A DNA stretch of 64,000 nucleotides from Candidatus Bathyarchaeia archaeon. GTDB lineage: Archaea > Thermoproteota > Bathyarchaeia > Bathyarchaeales > Bathycorpusculaceae. The notes under the pieces are model-generated. The model saw only the letters and a list, made by a program, of their open reading frames with translations. It had not been told where the DNA came from and searched no databases. The position numbers were made by a program, and so were the translations under genes. Shown here in pieces: positions 9,746-17,489 of the stretch (positions are counted from its first letter, which is position 1; the number at the start of each line of letters is the position of its first letter). The stretch spans positions 1-64,000 of the forward strand of contig JBEKTQ010000008.1 of assembly GCA_049515895.1 (NCBI GenBank), read 5' to 3'.

Positions 9746-10351
9746 TCAACTTTGCTCTGCTTTGGCGTAAAGCTCAAGGAGGTCTAGTTTGAAAAGTTTA
9801 GGCTGGCTCAAATATGCTGGATGCGATGCGTCCTTGTAGACTAAGAGTTTAGCGTTGGGTATTTTGCCAGCTAAAGTTCTCATCTCTTCTCCTGAAACGA
9901 TATTGTCTTGAGAACCCCAGATTATCCTCACGGGAAGACTAAATTTGCTGTAGGACTGAACCAGATCTTCCATTAGCGCGTGCGCGGGTGCAATCAAAAG
10001 CAAGCCTCTTACGGGAAACTTTGCAGCGTACCTCAAAGCGATGTAGCCGCCTAAGCTGGCGCCGACCAGAACAGGCACTGCTGAACCGAAAACGCTTTGA
10101 ACGGCTTCCGCCACAACCTGGACGTTTGTTTCTGGGTTCCTTGTCTTTGGTTGGCAACTGCTTTTCAGCCCGTAGGGCATATCTAACGCTAAAAAAGGCA
10201 CATGCTTTTCGATTAGCAAGTCAGTGATGCCGATGCGTTGCCAAATATCGGCTGTGAATGATAAGCCCGGTAAAAAAACCATCGGGACGCCCAGGGCGTT
10301 GTGATACAGTGCTTGACAGCAATGTCCAGCCAAATTCAGTGTTTTTTCCAT
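9746..10351 (-). CDS. Alpha/beta hydrolase (ABHD14-like)
   Basis: VGASLGG nucleophile elbow, WGSQD, HPAY; likely start ATG 10351. Confidence 0.88.
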   Translation of the reverse strand: MEKTLNLAGHCCQALYHNALGVPMVFLPGLSFTADIWQRIGITDLLIEKHVPFLALDMPYGLKSSCQPKTRNPETNVQVVAEAVQSVFGSAVPVLVGASLGGYIALRYAAKFPVRGLLLIAPAHALMEDLVQSYSKFSLPVRIIWGSQDNIVSGEEMRTLAGKIPNAKLLVYKDASHPAYLSQPKLFKLDLLELYAKAEQS

Positions 10352-10451
10352 AATCGAAAGTATGTTCTGGTTTCTTATACGTTTGACTGCCACGAATCTT
10401 GCGCGCGAAAAGAATAATAGCCGTCAACCCTCTCATTGTCTCGGTGACATT

Positions 10452-10928
10452 TTGACGGTTAAAGTTGGCGATAAAGCGCCAGATTTCACGTTGCCTTCGC
10501 AAATGGGCGATAACGTGACGTTATCAGAGTATCTAGGTAAAAAGAACATAGTATTGTATTTCTACCCAAAAGACGAAACCCCGGGATGCACCACGGAAGC
10601 TTGCAGTTTCAGAGACAGTTACGAGGATCTAGCAAGTTTAGGTGCTGAAGTTCTGGGGGTGAGCGGACAAAGTGTTGCGTCGCATAAGTCTTTTGCAACC
10701 CATTACGGTTTGCCTTTTATTTTATTGAGCGACAAGGATAACCGGGTGCGCAAGCTTTACGATGTTCCGTCTACCATGGGTCTCATTCCTGGAAGGGTCA
10801 CATACATAATTGACAAGAAAGGCGTGGTTAGACACATTTTTAATTCTCAGACTCAGACCCGACAGCATGTTGAGGAAGCCAAAGCGACGCTGAAGGAACT
10901 CGAAAAAGAACAACAAGCAGTTATCTAA
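10452..10928 (+). CDS. bcp: Peroxiredoxin (BCP/PrxQ)
   Basis: FYPKDETPGCTTEACSFRD; TTG start after GGTGA. Confidence 0.94.
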   Translation: MTVKVGDKAPDFTLPSQMGDNVTLSEYLGKKNIVLYFYPKDETPGCTTEACSFRDSYEDLASLGAEVLGVSGQSVASHKSFATHYGLPFILLSDKDNRVRKLYDVPSTMGLIPGRVTYIIDKKGVVRHIFNSQTQTRQHVEEAKATLKELEKEQQAVI

Positions 10929-10944
10929 CGCAGGAAGCTCGACA

Positions 10945-12180
10945 TTGCTCTATCTATACAATTCTCTCACTCGGGAAAGTGAGCCTTTTCAGCCTGCAGA
11001 GGACATGCTGGTTAAAATGTACACTTGCGGCCCATCAACTTACCAGAAGCCACACATCGGGAACTACCGCACCTTTCTATTCGAAGACACACTGCAGCGT
11101 TACCTGGAGTATCTCAACTACAAAGTTACCCGGCTTATCACCTTGACCGACTTGGAAGACAAAGCTATCGCTCAAGCGAGAAAAGAAAACTTGACGGTGG
11201 AGGATGTGACAAGAAAAAACGAAGCCGTCTTCTTCCAAGACTTCAAGCTCCTTAGAATCAAAACTCCCGATTACCCAGTGAGGGCTTCATCAGCTGTTGA
11301 CCAAGCCGCACGGTTAATCGCTCAACTCGGCGAGAAAAATTACGTATACTGGTACACGTATAAGGGCGAAAAAAACGCTTATTTTGACCCGCTGAAATTC
11401 AAAGGCTTCGGAAAACTAGCCCATTTAGACATGAGTAAATGGCCTAATAAGAAACGCCGCTTCCACATGGACACGTATCCAGGCACGCCTTGGAACTTGG
11501 GTGACTTCATTGTTTGGGACGGCTGCAAACAAGGTGGAGTCTGTTATGATACGCAGGTTGGCAGTGGCAGACCAGCATGGAACATTCAAGACGCCGCAAT
11601 CGTAACCAAGCATTTGGGCTACACAATCGACGTTGCCTGTGGCGGAATCGACAACTTAGTCCGCCACCACGATTACACGCTTGCCATCGCCGAAGCCGCA
11701 AGTGGTAAGCAATTCAGTCGATACTGGCTCCACGGCGCACACCTATTAGTCAACGGCAAGAAAATGTCCAAAAGCGTCGGCAACGTGGTCTACACAGACG
11801 ACGTTTTAGAAAAGGGTTTCACTGGCGAGCAGTTAAGATTTTTCCTCATCTATGCTCCTTACAGGAAAAGACTGAATTTCACCTTTGAAAGGCTGGCTGA
11901 AACCAGTCGGAAACTTGACTCCTTCAGGAAAATGGTTAAGACAGTTCAGGGAACCCGTGAGGTTTGTTCTAATCGGGAAACGGGGGCACTTGTCGATGGC
12001 ATAGTTTCTGGGTTCGAAACCGCCATGAACAACGATTTAGGCGTGAAAGCCGCTTTCGACAGCGTTTATGAAATAGTCGGTGAACTAAACAGCATGCAGG
12101 AACCTCTGAGTGGAAAAGACTCGAAAAATCTGTTAAATAAGCTGCGCTCGATTGATTCCGTGCTTCAATGTCTTTTCTGA
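10945..12180 (+). CDS. Cysteinyl-tRNA synthetase-like paralog (no anticodon-binding domain, altered Zn site)
   Basis: YTCGP, HIGN, KMSKS and DALR-like helices are present, but GRPAWNIQD and RHHDYT replace GRPGWHIEC and PHHENE; 411 aa. Confidence 0.85.
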   Translation: MLYLYNSLTRESEPFQPAEDMLVKMYTCGPSTYQKPHIGNYRTFLFEDTLQRYLEYLNYKVTRLITLTDLEDKAIAQARKENLTVEDVTRKNEAVFFQDFKLLRIKTPDYPVRASSAVDQAARLIAQLGEKNYVYWYTYKGEKNAYFDPLKFKGFGKLAHLDMSKWPNKKRRFHMDTYPGTPWNLGDFIVWDGCKQGGVCYDTQVGSGRPAWNIQDAAIVTKHLGYTIDVACGGIDNLVRHHDYTLAIAEAASGKQFSRYWLHGAHLLVNGKKMSKSVGNVVYTDDVLEKGFTGEQLRFFLIYAPYRKRLNFTFERLAETSRKLDSFRKMVKTVQGTREVCSNRETGALVDGIVSGFETAMNNDLGVKAAFDSVYEIVGELNSMQEPLSGKDSKNLLNKLRSIDSVLQCLF

Positions 12181-12187
12181 TTCCGAC

Positions 12188-12436
12188 TTATACTAAGTCG
12201 CCTACGAGTTTGACTCTTGCAAAGTTTTCTTCCCGATGCGGTGCCATCTCCAATTCTCCAGTCAAGTCTTTGCCTGCCTGATGCATTCCCAAATGGTCTC
12301 CGTCAGTCCAGAGGCCGCTCTGCGATACATCGTAAACTTTTCCGTTATACGCGAAGTAGGCGGGTTTGCCGTTTTTCCCGTTGTTATCTTCAAGTTCTTG
12401 TTTAGTTACTTTTCTTTGTTCTGTCACAAAAACCAC
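12188..12436 (-). CDS. Cytochrome b5-like heme/steroid-binding protein
   Basis: NNGKNGKPAYFAYNGKVYDVS...HQAGKDLT...APH...VG. Confidence 0.9.
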   Translation of the reverse strand: MVFVTEQRKVTKQELEDNNGKNGKPAYFAYNGKVYDVSQSGLWTDGDHLGMHQAGKDLTGELEMAPHREENFARVKLVGDLV

Positions 12437-12491
12437 TTTCTTACGGTTTAAAATTGAAAAAAGGCATTTAATAATGTTTACGGATTAGCCG

Positions 12492-12887
12492 TCAATAGGC
12501 TGGTAACGATAAACGGTTATTGTGCGGAAGTGATGACACGGCACCCGTGATGAAACTTGCTTTGCCAAAAAGGTCTGGAGCTGAAAAGTCGTTTTCTGTC
12601 TTCCCCTCATGAATTTTGAAAATGAAACTGCCAAAGTTCGTTTGGTTTGAAGAATTTGCCTGGTTCATGTTCAAATGGTTAAACGTTATGAAAACGAAGA
12701 TGCTTGCGATCACAATTATTGCAACAATTGTAACGGCAATCAAAACGATTTCGGGCGTTGAAAGTAGGCTTTTTGAGGTTGGTCTCACCAAATGGGGCGG
12801 AGTAAACTTTACTGCTTGAGTCCCGCATTTGTGGCAGAAATGGGCGTTTTCTTCAAGTTTGGCTCCGCATTTTCGGCAGTAAGGCAA
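12492..12887 (-). CDS. Zinc-ribbon protein with one TM helix
   Basis: YCRKCGAKLEENAHFCHKCG followed by a hydrophobic helix. Confidence 0.8.
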   Translation of the reverse strand: MPYCRKCGAKLEENAHFCHKCGTQAVKFTPPHLVRPTSKSLLSTPEIVLIAVTIVAIIVIASIFVFITFNHLNMNQANSSNQTNFGSFIFKIHEGKTENDFSAPDLFGKASFITGAVSSLPHNNRLSLPAY

Positions 12888-13074
12888 CTATTCGAAACCT
12901 CAACCTTTGGTGTGAGTTGAAAAATTTAAGCCTTGCCAAAAATGAGCAAGCTGCAAAATTATGAATGCACATGTTTTCGGCAAACTTATCCGCGCTTGCG
13001 ATTGCTTTTCATGCGCACAGTGAACTTTCGGGTTTTCTGGAAAAAACATTTGAACTCACACAATCATTGTATTA

Positions 13075-13605
13075 TTAGGTAGATTCGTCTATGCTTTTCT
13101 TGAAAAGTGCTTTGTCAACAGTTCTTGCATCCAAATTGTGTTTCGCCGCGGTCTTCCTCATCGCTGCAAGCAGTTTGATGTAGTTTTGTGGTGTGTAGAG
13201 GTTTGGCGGGGGGTTGCCAAGCAGTGGTTTCCAAACGCTTAAGTCAAAAATTCCGTATTGGTGGGGGTCAAAAAAGGCTAAGATAACGCTTGCGATAACG
13301 GGGCTGACGCCTTCAAGGGTAGTTAAGCAGCTGATCTTGTAGTTGTCGTCGCCTTGCGGCAAATTGAATGCTTGGCTGGATATGCGGCTGACTTTTTCTT
13401 GGCTGTTTCTAGCCACCAATTCTAAGAGTCGCGTTTTCTTTTCGGGTTCTTCTTGGAATTTCCACTCGACCACCTGGGCCAAGTCGACAACTGTTAGAAC
13501 TTTTTGTTTTCGAAATTTGGCTCCTAATTCCCGTTCCCGTTGAGCCTGCCACCCATAGCTTTTGTCGTATTTCCGGCTCCAAGTCACATATTCAGGCTTA
13601 TCCAT
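13075..13605 (-). CDS. Helix-hairpin-helix DNA glycosylase-like protein
   Basis: VEWK, LTTLEGVSPVIASVIL (HhH), YGIFD, RTVDKALF. Confidence 0.6.
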   Translation of the reverse strand: MDKPEYVTWSRKYDKSYGWQAQRERELGAKFRKQKVLTVVDLAQVVEWKFQEEPEKKTRLLELVARNSQEKVSRISSQAFNLPQGDDNYKISCLTTLEGVSPVIASVILAFFDPHQYGIFDLSVWKPLLGNPPPNLYTPQNYIKLLAAMRKTAAKHNLDARTVDKALFKKSIDEST

Positions 13606-13687
13606 AAAGTTCAAGTCATGATTAAAGTGACCGACGCATTTTTGCTTTTCTACATCAAACTAAAAGAAACAATAAAATGGGGGAGGG

Positions 13688-13813
13688 TTAGTTTTGGTCA
13701 ACCAGATGTGCTGTTCCATCTGGGCAGTACACTTTCTCGCTTTTGTTTACGCGCCTGTAGCGTTCACTGCATATGTGCAGCATCTCACAACCATCGCAAT
13801 CTCTACTCAGCAT
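13688..13813 (-). CDS. Small Cys-rich protein (41 aa)
   Basis: MLSRDCDGCEMLHICSERYRRVNKSEKVYCPDGTAHLVDQN; GGAGG 7 nt upstream. Confidence 0.7.
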   Translation of the reverse strand: MLSRDCDGCEMLHICSERYRRVNKSEKVYCPDGTAHLVDQN

Positions 13814-13917
13814 TTTTTCGCCTCCTGTAGGATTTTCCAACATGTTGCGTTGGCTTATAAAATTATGTAACATGTATGTATATACATCTTGGAAACAACG
13901 TGACGCTGTGGGCTGGA

Positions 13918-14619
13918 TTAATGTGCCATTTTTCTCGGGCTTTTCTTCTTGGGTCTATGAGTAGGCCAACATTTCCGGCAATATACCGGTCGGTTTGCAC
14001 GGGGTTGAAATGGCACTTCACACTCGACGCCGCAGTCGCTGCAAACCGCGGTGTGAATGGGTTCCTGATGGAACTGCTGGAAAAGATGGTAATTCTTGAG
14101 GCGTGGCCATCCTGTCTTGGCGTAACGCAGCATTTCAGGGTTATCTTTAAGCCAACGCATCATATGGAAGAAGCTTTTGCCTCTTTTTTCTTCCCGCTCA
14201 GCTAACGGTTCGTAGCCTAAATTGCGGATTTCATCCAGGTAAGCGATTTCGACGAGTCGCTGCGTTTCACCGACAACTCTGACTCGTTTAACGCGGTCTT
14301 CACCGTAGACCTTGCGGAGTTCTTCTGCTGCTACGTCGAAGATGCAGCCTTGACAAATGTGGACTGCCTCTTCTGGCTTAAGGCTAAACCGTCCAACAAG
14401 TTTAGAAACAATGCGCGAGGATTCTTGCAGGTACTCTTTTTCACGGAAAATCTCCTGGTAGAACCGCACGTCTATCAAGTCATACTTAAATTCCCCTGTC
14501 TCTTCCCGGTAGGCGCCTACTACGACGCCAAAAAGCAAGTCGCCGCTGCCCGCGTCGTCAACGATAACTGTCAAACGAGCCTTTTCCCTTCTTCTTCTCC
14601 CAATCCAATATTTAACCAT
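13918..14619 (-). CDS. RNase HII-like N-terminal domain fused to a CxxC-x17-CxxC domain
   Basis: IVDDAGSGDLLFGVVVGAY resembles RNase HII DEAGRG..GPVV; C-terminus HTAVCSDCGVECEVPFQPRANRPVYCRKC. Confidence 0.7.
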   Translation of the reverse strand: MVKYWIGRRRREKARLTVIVDDAGSGDLLFGVVVGAYREETGEFKYDLIDVRFYQEIFREKEYLQESSRIVSKLVGRFSLKPEEAVHICQGCIFDVAAEELRKVYGEDRVKRVRVVGETQRLVEIAYLDEIRNLGYEPLAEREEKRGKSFFHMMRWLKDNPEMLRYAKTGWPRLKNYHLFQQFHQEPIHTAVCSDCGVECEVPFQPRANRPVYCRKCWPTHRPKKKSPRKMAH

Positions 14620-14866
14620 CGTATAAATATAGTGCTCTCAAAAAGAAACAAAACTAAGTAAGAACACCCCCAACCGGATATCTGACCCCGCAGACGGCTC
14701 CTAAAATTTTCATGAAACCCGAAAAAATAGGTCGATAATCTGGGCAGCACTCAACTTATTCGTCGTCTTGAAGCACTCAATTTATAAGGATGAACGATAA
14801 GTAAATGGGTACTGTGTAAGAAGCAATTCTTATACACCGAAAATAATAGGAGTTGAAAATAGTAAA

Positions 14867-15010
14867 ATGTCATATGGCAACCGAGAAATGCACAAGGCAA
14901 CCTGCGCTGACTGTGGAAAAGAATGTGAAGTTCCTTTCAAACCAGACGGCACAAGGCCAGTTTATTGCCGAGAGTGCTACTCAAAACGAAGACCACCAAG
15001 AAGATATTAA
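14867..15010 (+). CDS. Stand-alone CxxC-x17-CxxC protein (47 aa), not in the ORF track
   Basis: MSYGNREMHKATCADCGKECEVPFKPDGTRPVYCRECYSKRRPPRRY; AGGAG upstream and a T-rich tract downstream. Confidence 0.92.
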   Translation: MSYGNREMHKATCADCGKECEVPFKPDGTRPVYCRECYSKRRPPRRY

Positions 15011-15375
15011 GCTAACTTAGCTGAACATCTTTACAAAATCTTTAATATTTTTCTTTTTTATTTTTTTATTGTTTTTTGGGTAATTTTGTTTTGAGTTTTT
15101 TGTTGAATTGAACTTGCAGGTTCAAAAGTTGTTTTGTTTTCGGCGGAATTGGGTTTGATTTGGGTTTGAAATTGGAAAAAATGCATGAAAACGGCTTTCA
15201 GGGGGTAGGTATTTTGAACTATTTTGATGTTTAGGCGGATCATGATTGAACCAAATGCATGTTAAAAAAGTGCGTAGGTCGGGGTTGCCTTGGGAGCAGC
15301 TATAGAGGGGTCGAAATTCGACTTTGCTTAGAGACAGATGCGGCACCTGCATCAAACAATAGTCCCCGGGAAAAA

Positions 15376-15492
15376 GTAGGTTGCAAAAAGATCAAAAATG
15401 AACGAAGAGGAACGCGAAAAAACGGGAAGGAACGGGAAAAGACGGGAAAGAACGGGAATCAACGCGATGGAACGGGAAAAAACGCAACCTAC
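15376..15492. repeat. Nine tandem 10-bp units (consensus AACGGGAAnn) bracketed by perfect 9-bp inverted repeats
   Basis: 15401-15490: aacgaagagg aacgcgaaaa aacgggaagg aacgggaaaa gacgggaaag aacgggaatc aacgcgatgg aacgggaaaa aacgcaacct. GTAGGTTGC at 15376-15384 and GCAACCTAC at 15484-15492. Confidence 0.85.
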
Positions 15493-15564
15493 AAACGCCT
15501 CAAGCCCTGAACCAACAAAGCAACCCAAAACACAAACAACCAATTTTCTACTTGAGAAAAAGGA

Positions 15565-16086
15565 TCATTCAGGGTGCTTTTGATGATAAATTCTGCTGTG
15601 GATGTATAGTGAAACGGTTCCAATCATTAGTGTCAAAAGGCTGCCCGCGAAAAGAGCCAGCACCAGCAGGTTTCCGTAGTTTGCGATTTCCTGTTGCCAC
15701 GCCCAAGGGTAATGTTGGGTCCACAGCGGCCAAGCGCCAATAACCAGGTAAGTGAACGCGAGCACTGTCACAAGCACCGCGGCATGCTCCCTATAGTCGA
15801 CTCTTGCTGGCCGTATGTCTTTTATGCTGTAAACTGCAAGAATCAACGTTCCTATAAGAGCCATAACGAGAAGGATGGGGATTGTAAAGGTCCACAGGGG
15901 CAGGTAAAGGTGAAAGATTTGCCAGTTCAGGTAGTAACCGTGGAAAGTACCGTACAGGTTCGGCATGACAAACCATAAGTCGCTTACGCCGAAAAGAACC
16001 ATTAGCAGACCGATTATCAACTGGTGACCCGTAAAGAACGATGCTGCCTTGTAGGCGGGACTTGTTTGTTTCAGCTCAGTCTTCAC
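15565..16086 (-). CDS. Hypothetical membrane protein (about 4 TM)
   Basis: Several hydrophobic helices; start moved to GTG 16086 so it does not overlap the tRNA. Confidence 0.75.
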   Translation of the reverse strand: MKTELKQTSPAYKAASFFTGHQLIIGLLMVLFGVSDLWFVMPNLYGTFHGYYLNWQIFHLYLPLWTFTIPILLVMALIGTLILAVYSIKDIRPARVDYREHAAVLVTVLAFTYLVIGAWPLWTQHYPWAWQQEIANYGNLLVLALFAGSLLTLMIGTVSLYIHSRIYHQKHPE

Positions 16087-16115
16087 CCATACTGATAGTT
16101 GATTGAAGTCTAATG

Positions 16116-16189
16116 TGGGCCCGAGGAGATTTGAACTCCTGACCAACAGATTATGAGTCTGGCGCTCTACCTAACTGAGCTACGGGCCC
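16116..16189 (-). tRNA. tRNA with CAT anticodon, most likely tRNA-Ile2 (agmatidine-modified)
   Basis: Reverse complement GGGCCCGTAGCTCAGTTAGGTAGAGCGCCAGACTCATAATCTGTTGGTCAGGAGTTCAAATCTCCTCGGGCCCA. The GGGCCC acceptor stem is typical of archaeal Ile tRNAs. Confidence 0.9.
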
Positions 16190-16282
16190 ACGAGGTTTCT
16201 CTTTTAATATTGCTATTTTTTACCACATTTAAACATTTTCCGCTTCCGCCGAAGCACAGCCAGTTTGTTTCAAGCGAAAAAA

Positions 16283-16543
16283 CTAGGGTTTGCCGAACCA
16301 TTTTTCAAACCGTTCCGAATAGAGTGCGAGGGATTCCTTGCGCCAAGCAGCTTCTCCCTCATCTTCCTTTAAGCAGCTAGCGACTTCCAAACGATGAGAA
16401 ATCTCCGCTTTTGCCTCTTCAAGGAAGCCGGCAACATCGTCAAGCATATCGTTACCGCCTGCAGAATAATCTTTCAATGCGTCTCTGAGAAAAACTCTTT
16501 TTTGTTTGATTAACTGGTTAAGTTTGCCTTCTTCAGTTGCCAT
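16283..16543 (-). CDS. Hypothetical protein (86 aa)
   Basis: ATG with GAGG upstream; helical, charged composition. Confidence 0.65.
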   Translation of the reverse strand: MATEEGKLNQLIKQKRVFLRDALKDYSAGGNDMLDDVAGFLEEAKAEISHRLEVASCLKEDEGEAAWRKESLALYSERFEKWFGKP

Positions 16544-16623
16544 ACTAAACGCCTCATTGAGTTAGGATTTGCTTGATTAATAGCATTTGTTATTTGAATC
16601 TTTCTTATCGCTCAAGGAGCAGC

Positions 16624-17484
16624 TTAACGCTGGGTTCTTTCGTAATGGAAAAGGTATTCTTGGGCGTAGCCAGCGTACTTGCCAAAGTAGCTTCGTCCAA
16701 AAGAGTTGAGTTTTTCGTATTCGCTGTTGCTCAGTGATGGATGGGCTGAAAGTTTCTTTACAAGTTCATCTGGGAACTCTTTTGCGTAGTGGGTGAGGAG
16801 TACGCGTTTGATCCAGACATCCACGGGGAAACCCTCTGTTTTTTCGAGCGAAAACAGCAAGACGCAATCAGCCACCTTCAACCCGACGCCGGGAAACTCA
16901 ACAAGCGCCTTTCTCGCGTCAAGGTAAGGAAGTGATTTCAAGCCGTCAAGGTTTATCTTGTCTTCCCGGATTTTTCTGGCTGTCGCCTGCACATACTTTG
17001 CCCTGTAGCCTAAGCCGCACTCCTTCAACCCGTTTTCGCTTGCAGCTGACAGGCTTTCAACAGTTGGAAAAATATAGAACTGTTTCCCGTCAAAAGCCTT
17101 TTTTTCGCCGTATTTCTCGGAAATCTTATAGACCATATGCTCGATGGCTGCTATGCTTTTGTACGTTGCGCATATGAAGCTGATGAGGCATTCCCATGGG
17201 TTCTCGTGAACAATCCGTAATCCTTCAAACCTTTGAAGAGCCTTGCAAATGTAAGGGTCCCTTCCGATGCATTGGCTGATTTGTTCCAAGTCATCGGTTA
17301 AACCGAAATAACGGGTGACAAAGTTGGCGTCGACACCTTCGAATTCGAGTTCCGCTCCACATTGGCGAATTTTAAACATGTTTTCTCCAACGACGCCGTA
17401 CCACCAACCGTTGATTTTCTTCCATCTGAAGACCTGTCCGCAGCAGAGAGAAAAATCCAAGTCAAAAGGGACATTGAGTTGCAT
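16624..17484 (-). CDS. ogg: 8-oxoguanine DNA glycosylase (OGG1 type)
   Basis: CGQVFRW, PWECLISFIC, GLGYRAKY, PGVGLKVADCVLLF, FPVDVW, YAGYAQEYLF. Confidence 0.93.
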   Translation of the reverse strand: MQLNVPFDLDFSLCCGQVFRWKKINGWWYGVVGENMFKIRQCGAELEFEGVDANFVTRYFGLTDDLEQISQCIGRDPYICKALQRFEGLRIVHENPWECLISFICATYKSIAAIEHMVYKISEKYGEKKAFDGKQFYIFPTVESLSAASENGLKECGLGYRAKYVQATARKIREDKINLDGLKSLPYLDARKALVEFPGVGLKVADCVLLFSLEKTEGFPVDVWIKRVLLTHYAKEFPDELVKKLSAHPSLSNSEYEKLNSFGRSYFGKYAGYAQEYLFHYERTQR

Positions 17485-17489
17485 TGCTG

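Noticed and set aside
15401-15490. Decamer array as a CRISPR array or coding repeat
   Set aside because: Units are 10 bp with no unique spacers and no cas genes nearby. The period is not a multiple of 3, and the overlapping short ORFs are low-complexity artefacts.
15040-15560. Chromosomal replication origin
   Set aside because: No recognisable ORB elements and no cdc6/orc1 gene in the window. The T-rich to A-rich switch is explained by convergent terminators.
16116-16189. tRNA-Met assignment
   Set aside because: It lacks initiator features (A1-U72 and three G-C pairs in the anticodon stem), and the GGGCCC acceptor stem matches archaeal Ile tRNAs.
16087-16380. ORFs overlapping the tRNA (N-terminus of 15565..16146 and 16153..16380)
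   Set aside because: They run through the tRNA gene; the membrane protein more likely starts at GTG 16086.
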